Assembly (NCBI GenBank): GCA_002269645.1
Contig: NIVC01004636.1
Span: 1 to 40,019, forward strand
DNA: 40,019 bases
DNA from: Macrostomum lignano
Taxonomy: Eukaryota
Direction of reading: 5' to 3'
A program made the translations under genes and the position numbers. The notes beneath the pieces are model-generated. The model did not search any database. It saw nothing but the letters and a program-made list of their open reading frames with translations, and was not told the origin of the DNA. Positions 28,095-39,885 of this stretch are shown here, one piece after another (within the stretch, counting starts at the first letter, position 1; the number at the start of each line of letters is the position of its first letter).

Positions 28095-31000
28095 TTAATT
28101 TCCCTGTTGGCCATGTTGATTTCCGGTATGGCGCCATTTATGACTTTGGTTGCCATGGCTACTATGATGACTTCGGTTGCCATGGCTACTATGATGACTT
28201 CGGTTGCCATGGCTACTATGATGACGGTGGTTGCCATGGCTACCATGATGACTTTGGTTGCCATGGCTACCGTGACGACTTTGGTTGCCATGGCTACTAT
28301 GATGACTTTGGTTGCCATGGCTACCGTGACGACTTTGGTTGCCATGGCTACCATGATGAGTTTGGTTGCCATGGCTACCATGATGACTTTGACCCTGGTA
28401 ATTGGGGCCAAAATAGTTGCCATACGAATCGTAATAACCAAAATTGTATTGAACACCATAGGGTTGATAGCCATTGTAACCATGGAAACCAGTGATTGCC
28501 TTCCGGCGGGACGCGGGATGATCGTACGGTTTTGGACGACTTTGCTTCTGATTCTGCCAACTGCCATCGTGGCTGTTGGCGCTCTGCACTGCAGCCCCAC
28601 CCGCTTCTGCAGCAACTGCGGCTGGCGGGTCGATCGTTGCTCGGGCCTTGGACTGCTGCTGCGACGCCTGCGTTGAGGTATGGTCGGTTGCCATGGTTAC
28701 CACTGTTACTATTCTTTATCCTTACTTTTCTCTCTAGCTAGTCTAGCAACTCTGTTGCCTAGCAGGTAAACAAAGAAAAAAATCTTATGCATATCAAATA
28801 AAATCGGTTGCTATGGTTACCTAAGAAAACTGGTTGCTATGGATAACTGAGAGAATCGGCTGCTATGGTTACCTAAGAAAATTGGTTGCTATGGATAACT
28901 GAGAGAATCGGCTGCTATGGTTACCTAAGAAAATTGGTTGCTATGGATAACTCAAAAAATCGGTTGCTATGGACAACTAATAAAATCGGTTGCTATGGTT
29001 ACCTAAGAAAATTGGTTACTAAGGTACCTAAAGAATGGTTGCTACGGTGCCTCAGTAAAATCGGTTGCCACGGGTATCCAAGAGAATTGGTTGCCTAGGG
29101 TTACACCAGGGACAATGTTGCAATGGCTACCAAATGACGCGATTACTTTATTATCACATCATTACCCAAAAAAGCCTCCCCATCAACGCCCAGCTTTTAC
29201 CGCAACGGCACGCAGGTCGGCCAGATAATTCTCCCGCTCAATAGGGAAGCCGCGGGCCTCAGCAAACGCGGCGATGGCTTTCTCGGCCGGCCAGCCGTCG
29301 ACGTCGATCAGGTAGCGGCAGATCATGTAGCCGGTGCGGTTCACCCCGTGGGTGCAGTGCACAGCTACCACCGAGTCTGGGGGGGGGGGTGATTGCAAAC
29401 TCAGGAATTCCACTCGCGAAATCAATTGCTTTTGAGGAAATTGGCTCGGATGTGGATTCCGTTAAGATTTTTTTTGCAATAGATTTGGGATTTCCGCTGA
29501 GATTCTCTGGGATTTGGGACTTAATCTGAGATTCTCTTTGGGATTTAGGTCTTCCGCTGACATTTTCATAAGGGTTTGGGATTTCCGTTGAGATTCTCTT
29601 AGGAATTTGGGATTTCCGTTGAGATTCTCTTAGGGATTTGGGATTCCTGTTGGGATTCTCTTAGGGATTTGGGATTTCCGTTGAGATTCTCTTAGGAATT
29701 TGGGATTTCCGTTGAGATTCTCTTAGGGATATGGGATTCCTGTTGGGATTCTCTTAGGGATTTGGGATTTTCGTTGAGATTCTCTTAGGGATATGGGATT
29801 CCTGTTGGGATTCTCTTAGGGATTTGGGATTTCCGTTGAGATTCTTTTAGGGATTTGGGATTCCTGTTGGGATTCTCTTAGGGATTTGGGATTCCTGTTG
29901 GGATTCTCTTAGGGATTTGGGATTTCCGTTGAGATTCTCTCAGGGATTTGGGATTTCCGTTGAGATTCTCTTAGGGATTTCTCAACGGATTCCCGTTGGC
30001 ATTTTATGGAGCATGGATTTGCTAAGATACTCGTAGATAACACGGAAAATTACGAGTTTAACCCTATAGGAGATATGATTAACAGGAATGGCTTTTACAC
30101 CGAAACAAAGACCGGTGTATTTTACACGCGAACAAAGACTCACCAGGAGATTCCTGTCTGAACTGGTTGACCACGGCTTCGAATCTGGAAGAGGATTATT
30201 TTTAAGCAGAGAGGCGGCGTGGAGAAGATGACAAAACGGCGTTCATACGTTGTAGCTTTGATTTATTCACCTGCTTATGCACTTTTGGTCAGGGATGTTG
30301 TGGCCTTCAACAAAGATTTTCTCGTATTTCACTCCCTGGCTGGTGAATTCCTAGAATTCGAAAATTTATTTTTTTTGCCAGCCATTGAAACTTCAAACCT
30401 CTTAAAATGTTTACAACTACCTCAATCATATGAAAATCCAAAATTTAATCCCCAAAAATCAGATTCATAAAAATCCCCCATAAAAATCCCCAAAAATAAG
30501 ATTCATAAAAATCCCCAAAAAATCAGATTCATAAAAATCCCCTAAAAATCAGATCCATAAAAATCCCCAAAAAATCAGATCCATAAAAATCCCCTAAAAA
30601 TCAGATCCATAAAAATCCCCTAAAAAATCAGATCCATAAAGATCCCCTAAAAAATCAGATCCATAAAAATCCCCTAAAAATCAGATCCATAAAAATCCCC
30701 TAAAAAATCAGATCCATAAAAATCCCCTAAAAATCAGATCCATAAAAATCCCCTAAAAATCAGATCCATAAAAATCCCCTAAAAAATCAGATCCATAAAA
30801 ATCCCCCCAAAAAGCAGATCCATAAAAATCCCCTAAAAAATCAGATCCATAAAAATTCCCCAAAAATCAGATCCATAAAAATCCCCTAAAAAATCAGATC
30901 CATAAAAATCCCCCCAAAAAGCAGATCCATAAAAATCCCCTAAAAAATCAGATCCATAAAAATTCCCCAAAAATCAGATCCATAAAAATCCCCTAAAAAA

Positions 31001-32288
31001 TCAGATCCATAAAAATCCCCCCAAAAATCAGATCCATAAAAATCCCCCAAAAATCAGATCCATAAAAATTCCCCAAAAATCAGATCCATAAAAATCCCCT
31101 TAAGGCAGGTTTACCTGAGGGTTGTAGTACCGAGTAGTGAAAGTGAGATCCACCACCAGTCCCAGTGGCAGCTTCATCTGTTTGCACCTGTTCATCAGCT
31201 CGGACGGGGTGAACTGCTCATGAGCTGGCATTGAGGCAACGTAGCACTGCGAATGCAATACAAAATAGTTTTTTTATACAAAGCAATCATTGTGGCTGAG
31301 TCAATGTGTTCACCTCATTTTTATTGCTTTTTCAAATATGATAAAGCATAATTGCAACAAAATAACTTATTAACTCACCTGTTTGAGTGGCACTTTAACC
31401 GCTAGAAAATGTGTGTCAGAGATAATCTCCTTAAACGGGTTATAGGCTTCCCATCTGGAAATTGGAATTCCGCGGGGGTATTCTTTAAGGGAATTCAAGG
31501 AGAATTCTTTAGGGAATTCGGGGGGAGAGATTCATAAGGGGAATTCGGGGGAGAGATTCTTAAGGGGAATTCGGGGGAGAGATTCTTAAGGGGATTCTGG
31601 GGGGAGAGATTCATAAGGGGAATTCGGGGGAGAGATTCTTAAGGGGAATTTGGGGGGAGAGATTCTTAAGGGGATTCTGGGGGGAGAGATTCTTAAGGGG
31701 ATTCTGGGGGAGAGATTCTTAAGGGGACTCTGGGGGGAGAGATTCTTAAGGGGAATTCGGGGGGAGAGATTCTTAAGGGGAATTCGGGGGGAGAGATTCT
31801 TAAGGGGATTCTGGGGGGAGAGATTCTTAAGGGGATTCTGGGGAGAGAGATTCTTAAGGGGAATTCGGGGGGAGAGATTCTTAAGGGGAATTCGGGGGGA
31901 GAGATTCTTAAGGGGAATTCGGGGGGAGAGATTTATAAGGGGAATTCGGGGGAGAGATTCTTAAGGGGAATTCGGGGGGAGAGATTCATAAGGGGAATTC
32001 GGGGGGAGAGATTTATAAGGGGATTCTGGGGGAGAGATTCTTAAGGGGATTCTGGGAGGAGAGATTCTTAAGGGGAATTCGGGGGAGATTCTTAAGGGGA
32101 ATTCGGGGGGGGAGAGATTCTTAAGGGGAATTCGGGGGGAGAGAGAGATTCTTAAGGGGAATTCGGGGGAGAGGGGGAATTCGGGGGGAGAGATTCTTAA
32201 GGGGAATTCGGGCAGATTGGTATAGAGAAGGCAGGTGTAAGTTATCAATAGCGCTACGCACTTACCGATCTGGTATGCCCCCAGGCAT
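28095..32288 (-). CDS. DUSP11: DUSP11/PIR1 RNA 5'-phosphatase. Exons 32288-32266, 31454-31379, 31246-31115, 30350-30271, 30184-30144, 29376-29201, 28667-28095 (366 aa); read-through of the last donor stops at 29183 (181 aa)
   Basis: Phase-consistent exons give IPDRW...FLAVKVPL...LGLVVDLTFTTRYY...KIFVEGH.IP...VAVHCTHGVNRTGYMICRYL...IERENYLADL. No guanylyltransferase domain follows, so this is not RNGTT. The last exon is less certain than the catalytic exons. Confidence 0.9.
28139..28390 (-). repeat. 27-bp coding repeat x9 (QSHHGSHGN) in the DUSP11 terminal exon
   Basis: GATGACTTTGGTTGCCATGGCTACCAT units; the unit length is a multiple of 3. Confidence 0.9.
28801..29135. repeat. 52-bp (2 x 26) repeat with a GTTGCTATGG core (DUSP11 intron 6)
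   Basis: Direct reading; decays toward 29135. Confidence 0.88.
29484..29990. repeat. 31-bp minisatellite GGGATTTCCGTTGAGATTCTCTTAGGGATTT (DUSP11 intron 5)
   Basis: Direct reading. Confidence 0.95.
30452..31100. repeat. 25-26-bp minisatellite AAAATCAGATCCATAAAAATCCCCT (DUSP11 intron 3)
   Basis: Direct reading. Confidence 0.96.
31483..32212. repeat. 25-26-bp minisatellite GGGGGAGAGATTCTTAAGGGGAATTC (DUSP11 intron 1)
   Basis: Direct reading. Confidence 0.96.
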
Positions 32289-32623
32289 TGTGCAGCGCTG
32301 AACACTGAAAGGCAAATTTTTAATTGTTGAATTTGATGGACACGATGGATAGATATCTATGCAGTGGCCTCATAAATATATCTACGATCGTATATTAAGT
32401 CCTGAATGCAAATCAATTTTAAATAAAAGTCGAAGAAAGGAAGTCAAGTTTTAAATAAATAAATCAAAGTACCTTTTATTTAGCGTTCCGCATACATCAT
32501 TGCTAGAGACCTCAATGGTAGTTAAAATAGCAGTGCATAGAGAGATAGAGAAGTGAGAACTAACTATTAACCTGTGTTCCGGGATGCATCGAAAATATAC
32601 TTCAAAGTTAGTTTATTTATATG

Positions 32624-33060
32624 CCATTCTACTACCAGTATAAAAATGGAATATTGTGTCCGTAATTTGTTCAGTATTAAAAGACTGTTGATACTTTTGA
32701 TACATATCGCCAAAACGTTGAGAAAACAGTTCCAATAAAAAGTCTATCCAGAAAATCACCCTATTCTACTAACAGTATAAGAATGGAATATTTTAGCAAC
32801 AATAATGAAATGTACAGTATTGAAAAAATGTGTACTTTCGATACATATCGCCTAAACTTTGAGAAAACATTGTATTTTTTTCTAATAATCTATCAGAAAA
32901 TCTGGTAAAAAGTGAATAAAAATGTATCCATAGAAATGAAACTATTCTACAAACAATAATAAAATGGAATAATTTAGCGAAATTTTAATTTAACGAAAAT
33001 ACAGTACTTTCGATACATATCGCCTAAAAGTTGAGATAACATTTCTATAATTATTTTCAC
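32624..33060. repeat. Three diverged AT-rich ~140-170-bp repeats with a conserved TACTTT(C/T)GATACATATCGCC core
   Basis: Cores at ~32692, 32833 and 33005; shared ATTCTAC...AATGGAATA starts. Confidence 0.75.
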
Positions 33061-33277
33061 TAATTTATCTAACATATTTTGTAATCTATGAATAAAATAT
33101 CACTATCTAGAAAAATCTGGCATAGAATAACGGAAACAGAATACGGAATTAGTATAGGCCTACTAAAAGTAGTCAGTCATAGTTATAAATGTAGAATAAA
33201 ATATAATCCAGCCGACATGTATAGAAAATTGAATATTTTAAATAGAATCACAATTACAGCAAATCAGTTTATTAAGA

Positions 33278-34930
33278 TTAAATCGGCCTAATGCCAACCA
33301 GTTTTCTAAGCTGCTCAAAAATCATAAAAGTGATAACAGTGTGCGGCCCGATCCGCATCCAGTTCGGCACGAATCCTTTATAGAGGCCGGTCAGACCTTC
33401 GGTCCTGATGGCGGCAGCGGCGCAAGAGAACGCATTGGAATAGGCGGCTCCACGAAGGCCCACCGTGTCCTGGTTCATCACCCGGGTCTTCACTACATCC
33501 AATGGTGAGGTTGTGATGGCGCACATCAGCCCGGCGAACATGCTGGCTAGAAAGTGCAAAGGCAGGCCCTCTTTGAGCAGGCCTCTGCTCAGCATGGTGT
33601 GCTTGAAGTGATCGTAGGATGGCACCTGCATTGATGAGGGATCTTGTGTCTTAATGTGGAGTGCTGACCTGACTCTGACTCTGACATCCTCAAAAACACC
33701 AAATCTGAATAAAACATACAATTGACCCATATAAGACACAAAATCTGACTGATAAACACACTAAATTTTACCTATAAACACAGCATATGACTAATAATAA
33801 ACACAAAATCTGACCCATAAACACAAAATCTGACCTATAAACACAAAAACTGACCCATAAACACAAAAATGACCTATAAACACAAATAACGTGACTGATA
33901 ATAAATACACTAAACCTAACCCATAAATACACTAAATCCGTCTCATAAAAAACACACTTAACCTGTCCCATAAACACACTAAATCTGTCCCATAAACACA
34001 CTAAAACGGACCCATAAACACACTAAAACTGACCCATAAACACACTAAAACTGACCCATAAACACACTAAAACTGTCCCATAAACACACTAAAACGGACC
34101 CATAAACACACTAAAACTGACCCATAAACACACTAAATCCGTCCCATAATAAACACACTAAATCTGACCCATAGACACACTAAATCTGTACTATAAACAC
34201 TAAAACTGAACCATAATAAATAAACACTAAATCTGTCCCATAATAAACACACTTAACCTGTCCCATAAACACACTAAACCTGTCCCACAAACACACTAAG
34301 TCTGACCGATAAACACACCAATCTGACCCATAAACACCCTAAATCTGACCCAGCCTAACCCAAACCAAGCAGCAGACTGACCTGAGTAGCGGTGACAACA
34401 GCGGCCCGAGCTACAGTAGGCCCGATGCCTTTGTACAGCGCAGGCACGCCGCCCTCCGCATAGATACTAACAAAAGCGTGCCAGGTGCCGCGGTACCTGG
34501 CCCCGGACTCGAACGCCTGCATTCGAACTTTCACTAAATCCGTAGGCGTAGCCACAGCGCTACCCAGCACGCCGGTGACAGCGCCCGAACAGATTTTCTT
34601 CCACAACGAGAAGTTGGCCGGATCGGTCTCCCCGAACAGCCGCTTGACAGGCTCGTACAGGCCCACCCGGATGGCCCCGTAGCCGCCATCGCGCATCATC
34701 GACGGCACGACGCCTTTGTACAGACCGCGAAGGCCTTCGTTGCGGACCACGGTGGCCAGGCCGCGAATGAAACCGGCGTAGCGAGCGCTGCTCGTCCGGT
34801 TGGCTGCTTCGCCTTGGATCTGCAGGCGAATCTTCACCACGTCTACAGGATTGGTGACCACCGCCGCCGTCAGGTTGGAGCAGCCGGCCAGGCCCACCCG
34901 GACCCAGTCGCTTTCCGGCTGCTGCTGCTG
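33278..34930 (-). CDS. Mitochondrial carrier (SLC25), uncoupling-protein/ucpB-like. Exons 34930-34382 and 33625-33278; start exon not found
   Basis: Three PX[DE]XX[KR] signatures (PVDVVK, PTDLVK, PLDVVK); ATQ|VPSYDHFK junction is phase 0 GT-AG; GFVPNWMRIGPHTVITF; AATAAA just after the stop. Confidence 0.9.
33715..34352. repeat. ~22-bp minisatellite AAACACACTAAAACTGACCCAT (carrier intron)
   Basis: Direct reading. Confidence 0.93.
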
Positions 34931-34959
34931 CTGCGGGTTCACGATAATAGCAGCACCGT

Positions 34960-35720
34960 ATCAATCTATCAGCCTAGCCGTCTACTAAATATCAACTTAT
35001 CAATCTATCAGCCTAGCCGTCTACTAAATATCAACTTATCAATCTATCAGCCTAGCCGTCTACTAAATATCAACTTATCAATCTATCAGCCTAGCCGTCT
35101 ACTAAATATCAACTTATCAATCTATCAACCTAGCCGTCTACTAAATATCAACTTATCAATCTATCAACCTAGCCGTCTACTAAATATCAACTTATCAATC
35201 TATCAACCTAGCCGTCTACTAAATATCAACTTATCAATCTATCAACCTAGCCGTCTACTAAATATCAACTTATCAATCTATCAGCCTAGCCGTCTACTAA
35301 ATATCAACTTATCAATCTATCAGCCTAGCCGTCTACTAAATATCAACTTATCAATCTATCAGCCTAGCCGTCTACTAAATATCAACTTATCAATCTATCA
35401 ACCTAGCCGTCTACTAAATATCAACTTATCAATCTATCAACCTAGCCGTCTACTAAATATCAACTTATCAATCTATTAACCTAGCCGTCTACTAAATATC
35501 AACTTATCAATCTATCAACCTAGCCGTCTACTAAATATCAACTTATCAATCTATCAGCCTAGCCGTCTACTAAATATCAACTTATCAATCTATTAACCTA
35601 GCCGTCTACTAAATATCAACTTATCAATCTATCAGCCTAGCCGTCTACTAAATATCAACTAATCAATCTATCAAAATAGACATTTACTAAATATCAACTT
35701 ATCAATCTCAACTTATCAAT
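34960..35720. repeat. 39-bp array ATCAATCTATCAGCCTAGCCGTCTACTAAATATCAACTT, ~19 copies
   Basis: Direct reading. Confidence 0.97.
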
Positions 35721-36063
35721 GTATCAAATGCTAACTTATTAATATATCAACTCAGTTCATCAATATTAAAAAGTTAAGACCAGTCAGAGTAACTGATTGG
35801 TAAAGAAATATTATAAATATAGTTTATATTTTAACAGATTAGAATTAAAAACTCTAGTGATCATCTCGTTTTCATTGAATTAGGCTTCTTTACGAGTAAA
35901 TGCCAAAACAAATGTATGAAATATCCAGAAATAAAATTAGCATTAAAACACGCAGTGAGACAGTAGTTCTTATGCGCTAATTAATAGTTAATTTGTAAAA
36001 TTATAAATTTTTTACTTGCAAAATTAACCACCTTCCAACGTACAAAACAATGGCAGTTCCCAT

Positions 36064-36479
36064 CAACCAATCAAAAAATCGCTGCAGTTCTCTCTATTCT
36101 CCCAACCAATCAGAGAATCGCTGCAGTTCTCTCTATTCTCCCAACCAATCAGAGAATCGCTGCAGTTCTCTCTATTCTCCCAACCAATCAGAGAATCGCT
36201 GCAGTTCTCTCTATTCTCCCAACCAATCAGAGAATCGCTGCAGTTCTCTCTATTCTCCCAACCAATCAGAGAATCGCTGCAGTTCTCTCAATTCCCCAAC
36301 CAATCAGAGAATCGCTGCAGTTCTCTCTATTCTCCCAACCAAACAGAGAATCGCTGCAGTTCTCTCTATTCTCCCAACCAATCAGAGAATCGCTGCAGTT
36401 CTCTCTATTCCCCAACTAATCAGAGAATCGCTGCAGTTTTCTTGATTCTACCAACCAATCAGAGAATCGCTGCAGTTTT
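36064..36479. repeat. 39-bp array AACCAATCAGAGAATCGCTGCAGTTCTCTCTATTCTCCC, 11 copies
   Basis: Direct reading; 8 units carry a perfect AACCAATCAG. Confidence 0.96.
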
Positions 36480-36508
36480 CTCATACCGCTTTGAATTTCC
36501 AGCTCTAA

Positions 36509-38334
36509 CTAACAGTTCCCATCCTGCTCAGTGAGCCGCAGCCACTCCAGTAGGGCCATCTTGGTCCCGGTACTAACCCGGTTCTTGGCGTCAGGCCTGC
36601 AGCTGAGCAATTGTGAAACCTGTACCGGAACCTCGGACCTATCCAGAGACCAGCTGGGTACCGTTTCCTCATCTGGAGTTTCTTCTCTGCTATTCTGAAA
36701 ATTGGAGGGGATTGCGCTGTTGGTGTGTTGCTTTATTACTGTCTCTTACACTTCCAGATCTCCGACTCTTCGTGACTTTCTGTCACTCTTCATGACGTTC
36801 TGTCACTCTTTGTGACTTTCTGTCACTCTTTATGACTTTCTGTCACTCTTTATGACGTTCTCTCTTCATGACGTTCTGTCACTCTTCATGACTTTCTGTC
36901 ACTCTTTATGACGTTCTGTCACTCTTCATGACGTTCTGTCACTCTTCATGACGTTCTGTCACTCTTCATGACGTTCTATCACTCTTCATGACGTTCTGTC
37001 ACTCTTCATGACGTTCTGTCACTCTTCATGACGTTCTGTCACTCTTCATGACGTTCTGTCACTCTTCATGACGTCCTGTCACTCTTCAGCATGACCTTCA
37101 CTAATTTACACTCTCGCTGTCTCAGCAGACAAGCCCTAGTCGCAGAAGTGCAGCACAGCTAACCTGACGATCGCCATCATTGGCTAGGCCGTCGCTTTCT
37201 TCAAGCAGCAAAGTGCCGCCGATCCGCCTGGCCAGCCGGCGGTCAATCCAAACCAGCCGGTCCACCTCGCGCGGCTCCGGCTTGGCGGCCGAGGTCAGGC
37301 TAGCCGAAGACTCCGACAGTCTGGCGTGGAAGTACAGCACCAGATGGTGCCTAGCAGGCCAGCCAATGTCCAGACTGGCCGGGAACACGGACTCCCAGGC
37401 CGACCTCCTCTGCCAGCTCTCTGGCCGCTGCCTGTGCGGCGGTCTCGCCGAGATCCAGATGACCGCCTGGCGGCACCCACACCTCCGGGAAGGCGGACAT
37501 GCCGGCCGGGCGCCTGGTGAGCAGCAGGCGACCGTCGCCAGATTCCAGCAGTATAGCGGCTGCGGCCGCTACGCGAGTAAAACGACGGCGGGTGTCAGCA
37601 GCGTCGGGCTGGCAAGGGGGAGCATTCAGCAGGGGTGGACTGTGGTGATCACTCCTCTCTGTCTCCCTATTGTTAAACTCCCCGCCAAGTATCTGATAAA
37701 CACCTTTTGCTTAATTGTTAAACTCCCCGTGTCATAATTAAACACCCCCTCTCTCTCTCCATTTTTAAACTGCCCTAGAAAGCTTAAACACACGACACCA
37801 ATAAACTACCTAAGAGGCTTAAATCCTCATTGTTAAACACCCTAGCCCAATAGGCTTAAACACACCACACTGCTAAACTACCCTAACTCAATAGGCTTAA
37901 ACACAGCACACTGCTAAACTACCTAAGAGGCTTAAACACAGCACACTGCTAAACTAAGAGGCTTAAACATCCCTTGTTAACCCTCCCACTCACACTCCCC
38001 CTAGCCACCAGACCCCTGGTTGCAGCCGCACCTGAGCGGGAGGCTGCAAACCGACACCTTCGGCAATCTTGGCCACCGGGCAGTCGGCAGGCCGGTGCAG
38101 CTCTGTGTGATGCGTTGACGTCGCCGAACTGTCAAGCAGTCCAGCGTCGATAGATTCGCAAGTCCGAGCACGAAGCGGCGACAGGCAGACGCGATCCGGC
38201 AGCAGGTCGATGGTCACCTGAGCTGAGCGGCCGGGCCTTCGGGCTCCAGGCGGAGCGCCAAGCCGGCGCACGCAGCCCAGCAGTGATTCAGCAAAGCCCG
38301 GGTAGCGGTTCTCGGCCGGGCAGTACACGAACAT
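36509..38334 (-). CDS. NUDT17: NUDT17-like Nudix hydrolase, frameshifted at 37397/37398 in this sequence. Exons 38334-38032 (or -37994), 37608 (or 37639)-37164, 36694-36509
   Basis: LHRPADCP, LLLTRR...VWVPPGGHLDLGETAAQAAARELAEEVG (complete Nudix box), then WESVFP...RHHLVLYF in another frame, and terminal RVSTGTKMALLEWL. All resemble remembered NUDT17 motifs. Confidence 0.85.
36772..37090. repeat. 20-bp minisatellite TGACGTTCTGTCACTCTTCA (NUDT17 last intron)
   Basis: Direct reading. Confidence 0.95.
37670..37985. repeat. Degenerate repeat with GGCTTAAACAC / TGTTAAAC units (NUDT17 intron)
   Basis: Recurrent motifs with irregular spacing. Confidence 0.7.
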
Positions 38335-38389
38335 GGGGACTCTGCGTAGGCGGAGCCACAGCAACCGGGTTTTAGCGGCAGGTCGGTGG

Positions 38390-38876
38390 GGTTAGAGTGC
38401 AGCCGATGGGTGTTTAAAGGGGTTAGGGCTGCAGCTGATGGGGTGTTTAAAGGGCTTAGGGGTGCAGCTGATGGGGTGTTTAAAGGGGTTAGGGCTGCAG
38501 CTGATGGGGTGTTTAAAGGGGTTAGGGCTGCACCCGATGGGGTGTTTAAAGGGTTAGGGCTGCAGCTGATGGGGTGTTTAAAGGGCTTAGGGGTGCAGCT
38601 GATGGGGTGTTTAAAGGGGTTAGGGCTGCCGCTGATGGGGTGTTTAAAGGGGTTAGGGCTGCAGCTGATGGGGTGTTTAAAGGGGTTAGAGGTGCAGCTG
38701 ATGGGGTGTTTAAAGGGGTTAGGGCTGCAGCTGATGGGGTGTTTAAAGGGGTTAGAGGTGCAGCTGATGGGGTGTTTAAAGGGGTTAGGGCTGCAGCTGA
38801 TGGGGTGTTTAAAGGGGTTAGGGCTGCCGCTGATGGGGTGTTTAAAGGGGTTAGGACTGCAGCTGATGGGGTGTTG
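38390..38876. repeat. 33-bp minisatellite GCTGCAGCTGATGGGGTGTTTAAAGGGGTTAGG
   Basis: About 14 units; probably in a 5'-UTR intron of NUDT17 (acceptor at 38342). Confidence 0.95.
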
Positions 38877-39569
38877 AGGCGTGTGGGTTCAACCAACGAT
38901 ATATAGAAAGAAAAAGGAATGTTTATTTTCGTAAAAATGTATTAAAATGTTGATTTCATACTTTTTCTGCAGATTTTAAATTTACGTTTTAAATTTTAAG
39001 CAAAAATAAAACAAACAAACATACAACACTACTCATAGTGGCAAACAGAAACGAAGACAAATCACTTGCTACAATTAATAAAGTCTATATCGATTTTAAT
39101 AGCCTTATTTCAGAGTCCTTATACAACAGTTCAGAGTCCTATACAACAGTGAATATATAGACTATATATATTTCTATAATAGCAGAATGTTGACAGAAAG
39201 AGTGTAAAACTGGATTTTAAAAAGAAACACAAAGACGCACGCAAAACTGCAATGTTTAACAGCAGGAAATTAATAAAAGGTCAACGCTGAAGTCACAATA
39301 CGGAAACATTTAGATCTAAAGGATAATAGACACACAGATTGAGTGAAAATTTGCAAATATAATCCTTATAACAGTTGCGTAAGTAGTTTAGTTAGGGCAA
39401 AATATGGCCAGCACGAGAAGCCCGTCAATCAATAGGTCGAGACGGTTCCTAATTCAGCTATTACATGGTCTAAAAGGACACGTTCACGTGTATTATTATA
39501 AATATGCTTATGTCTCTAACCATAATACAACTTTTTGTTCTTATCTGAATACTATTAGTGAGTTAATAG

Positions 39570-39885
39570 TTGCGATTAACTGACCTAAGATTGGGACACT
39601 CAACCTAGGATATTCAGACTCCATTCTAATGTTGTGATTCCCCTTGATAAAATTAGGATTCCCCGCACCAAGATTGGGATTCCCCGTTCTAATATGGGTA
39701 TGCCCGTCCTAAGATTGGGATTCCCCGTCCTAAGATTGGAATTCCCCGTCCTAAGATTGTGATTCCCGTTCCAATATTAGGATGTCCGTCCTAAGATTGG
39801 ATTCCCATCCTAATATTGGGATTCCCCGTCCTAAGATTGGGATTCCCGTCCTAATATTGGGATTCCCGTCCTAGATTGGGGTTCC
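39570..39885. repeat. ~21-bp minisatellite CTAAGATTGGGATTCCCCGTC
   Basis: Direct reading. Confidence 0.9.

Noticed and set aside
27986-28676. Plus-strand DDFGCHGYY and MVAMAT repeat ORFs
   Set aside because: Alternative frames of the 27-bp repeat. The minus frame splices in phase to DUSP11, and these frames have no supporting gene structure.
34960-36479. Regular 39-bp repeats as CRISPR arrays
   Set aside because: No unique spacers, no cas genes, and a eukaryotic spliced context.
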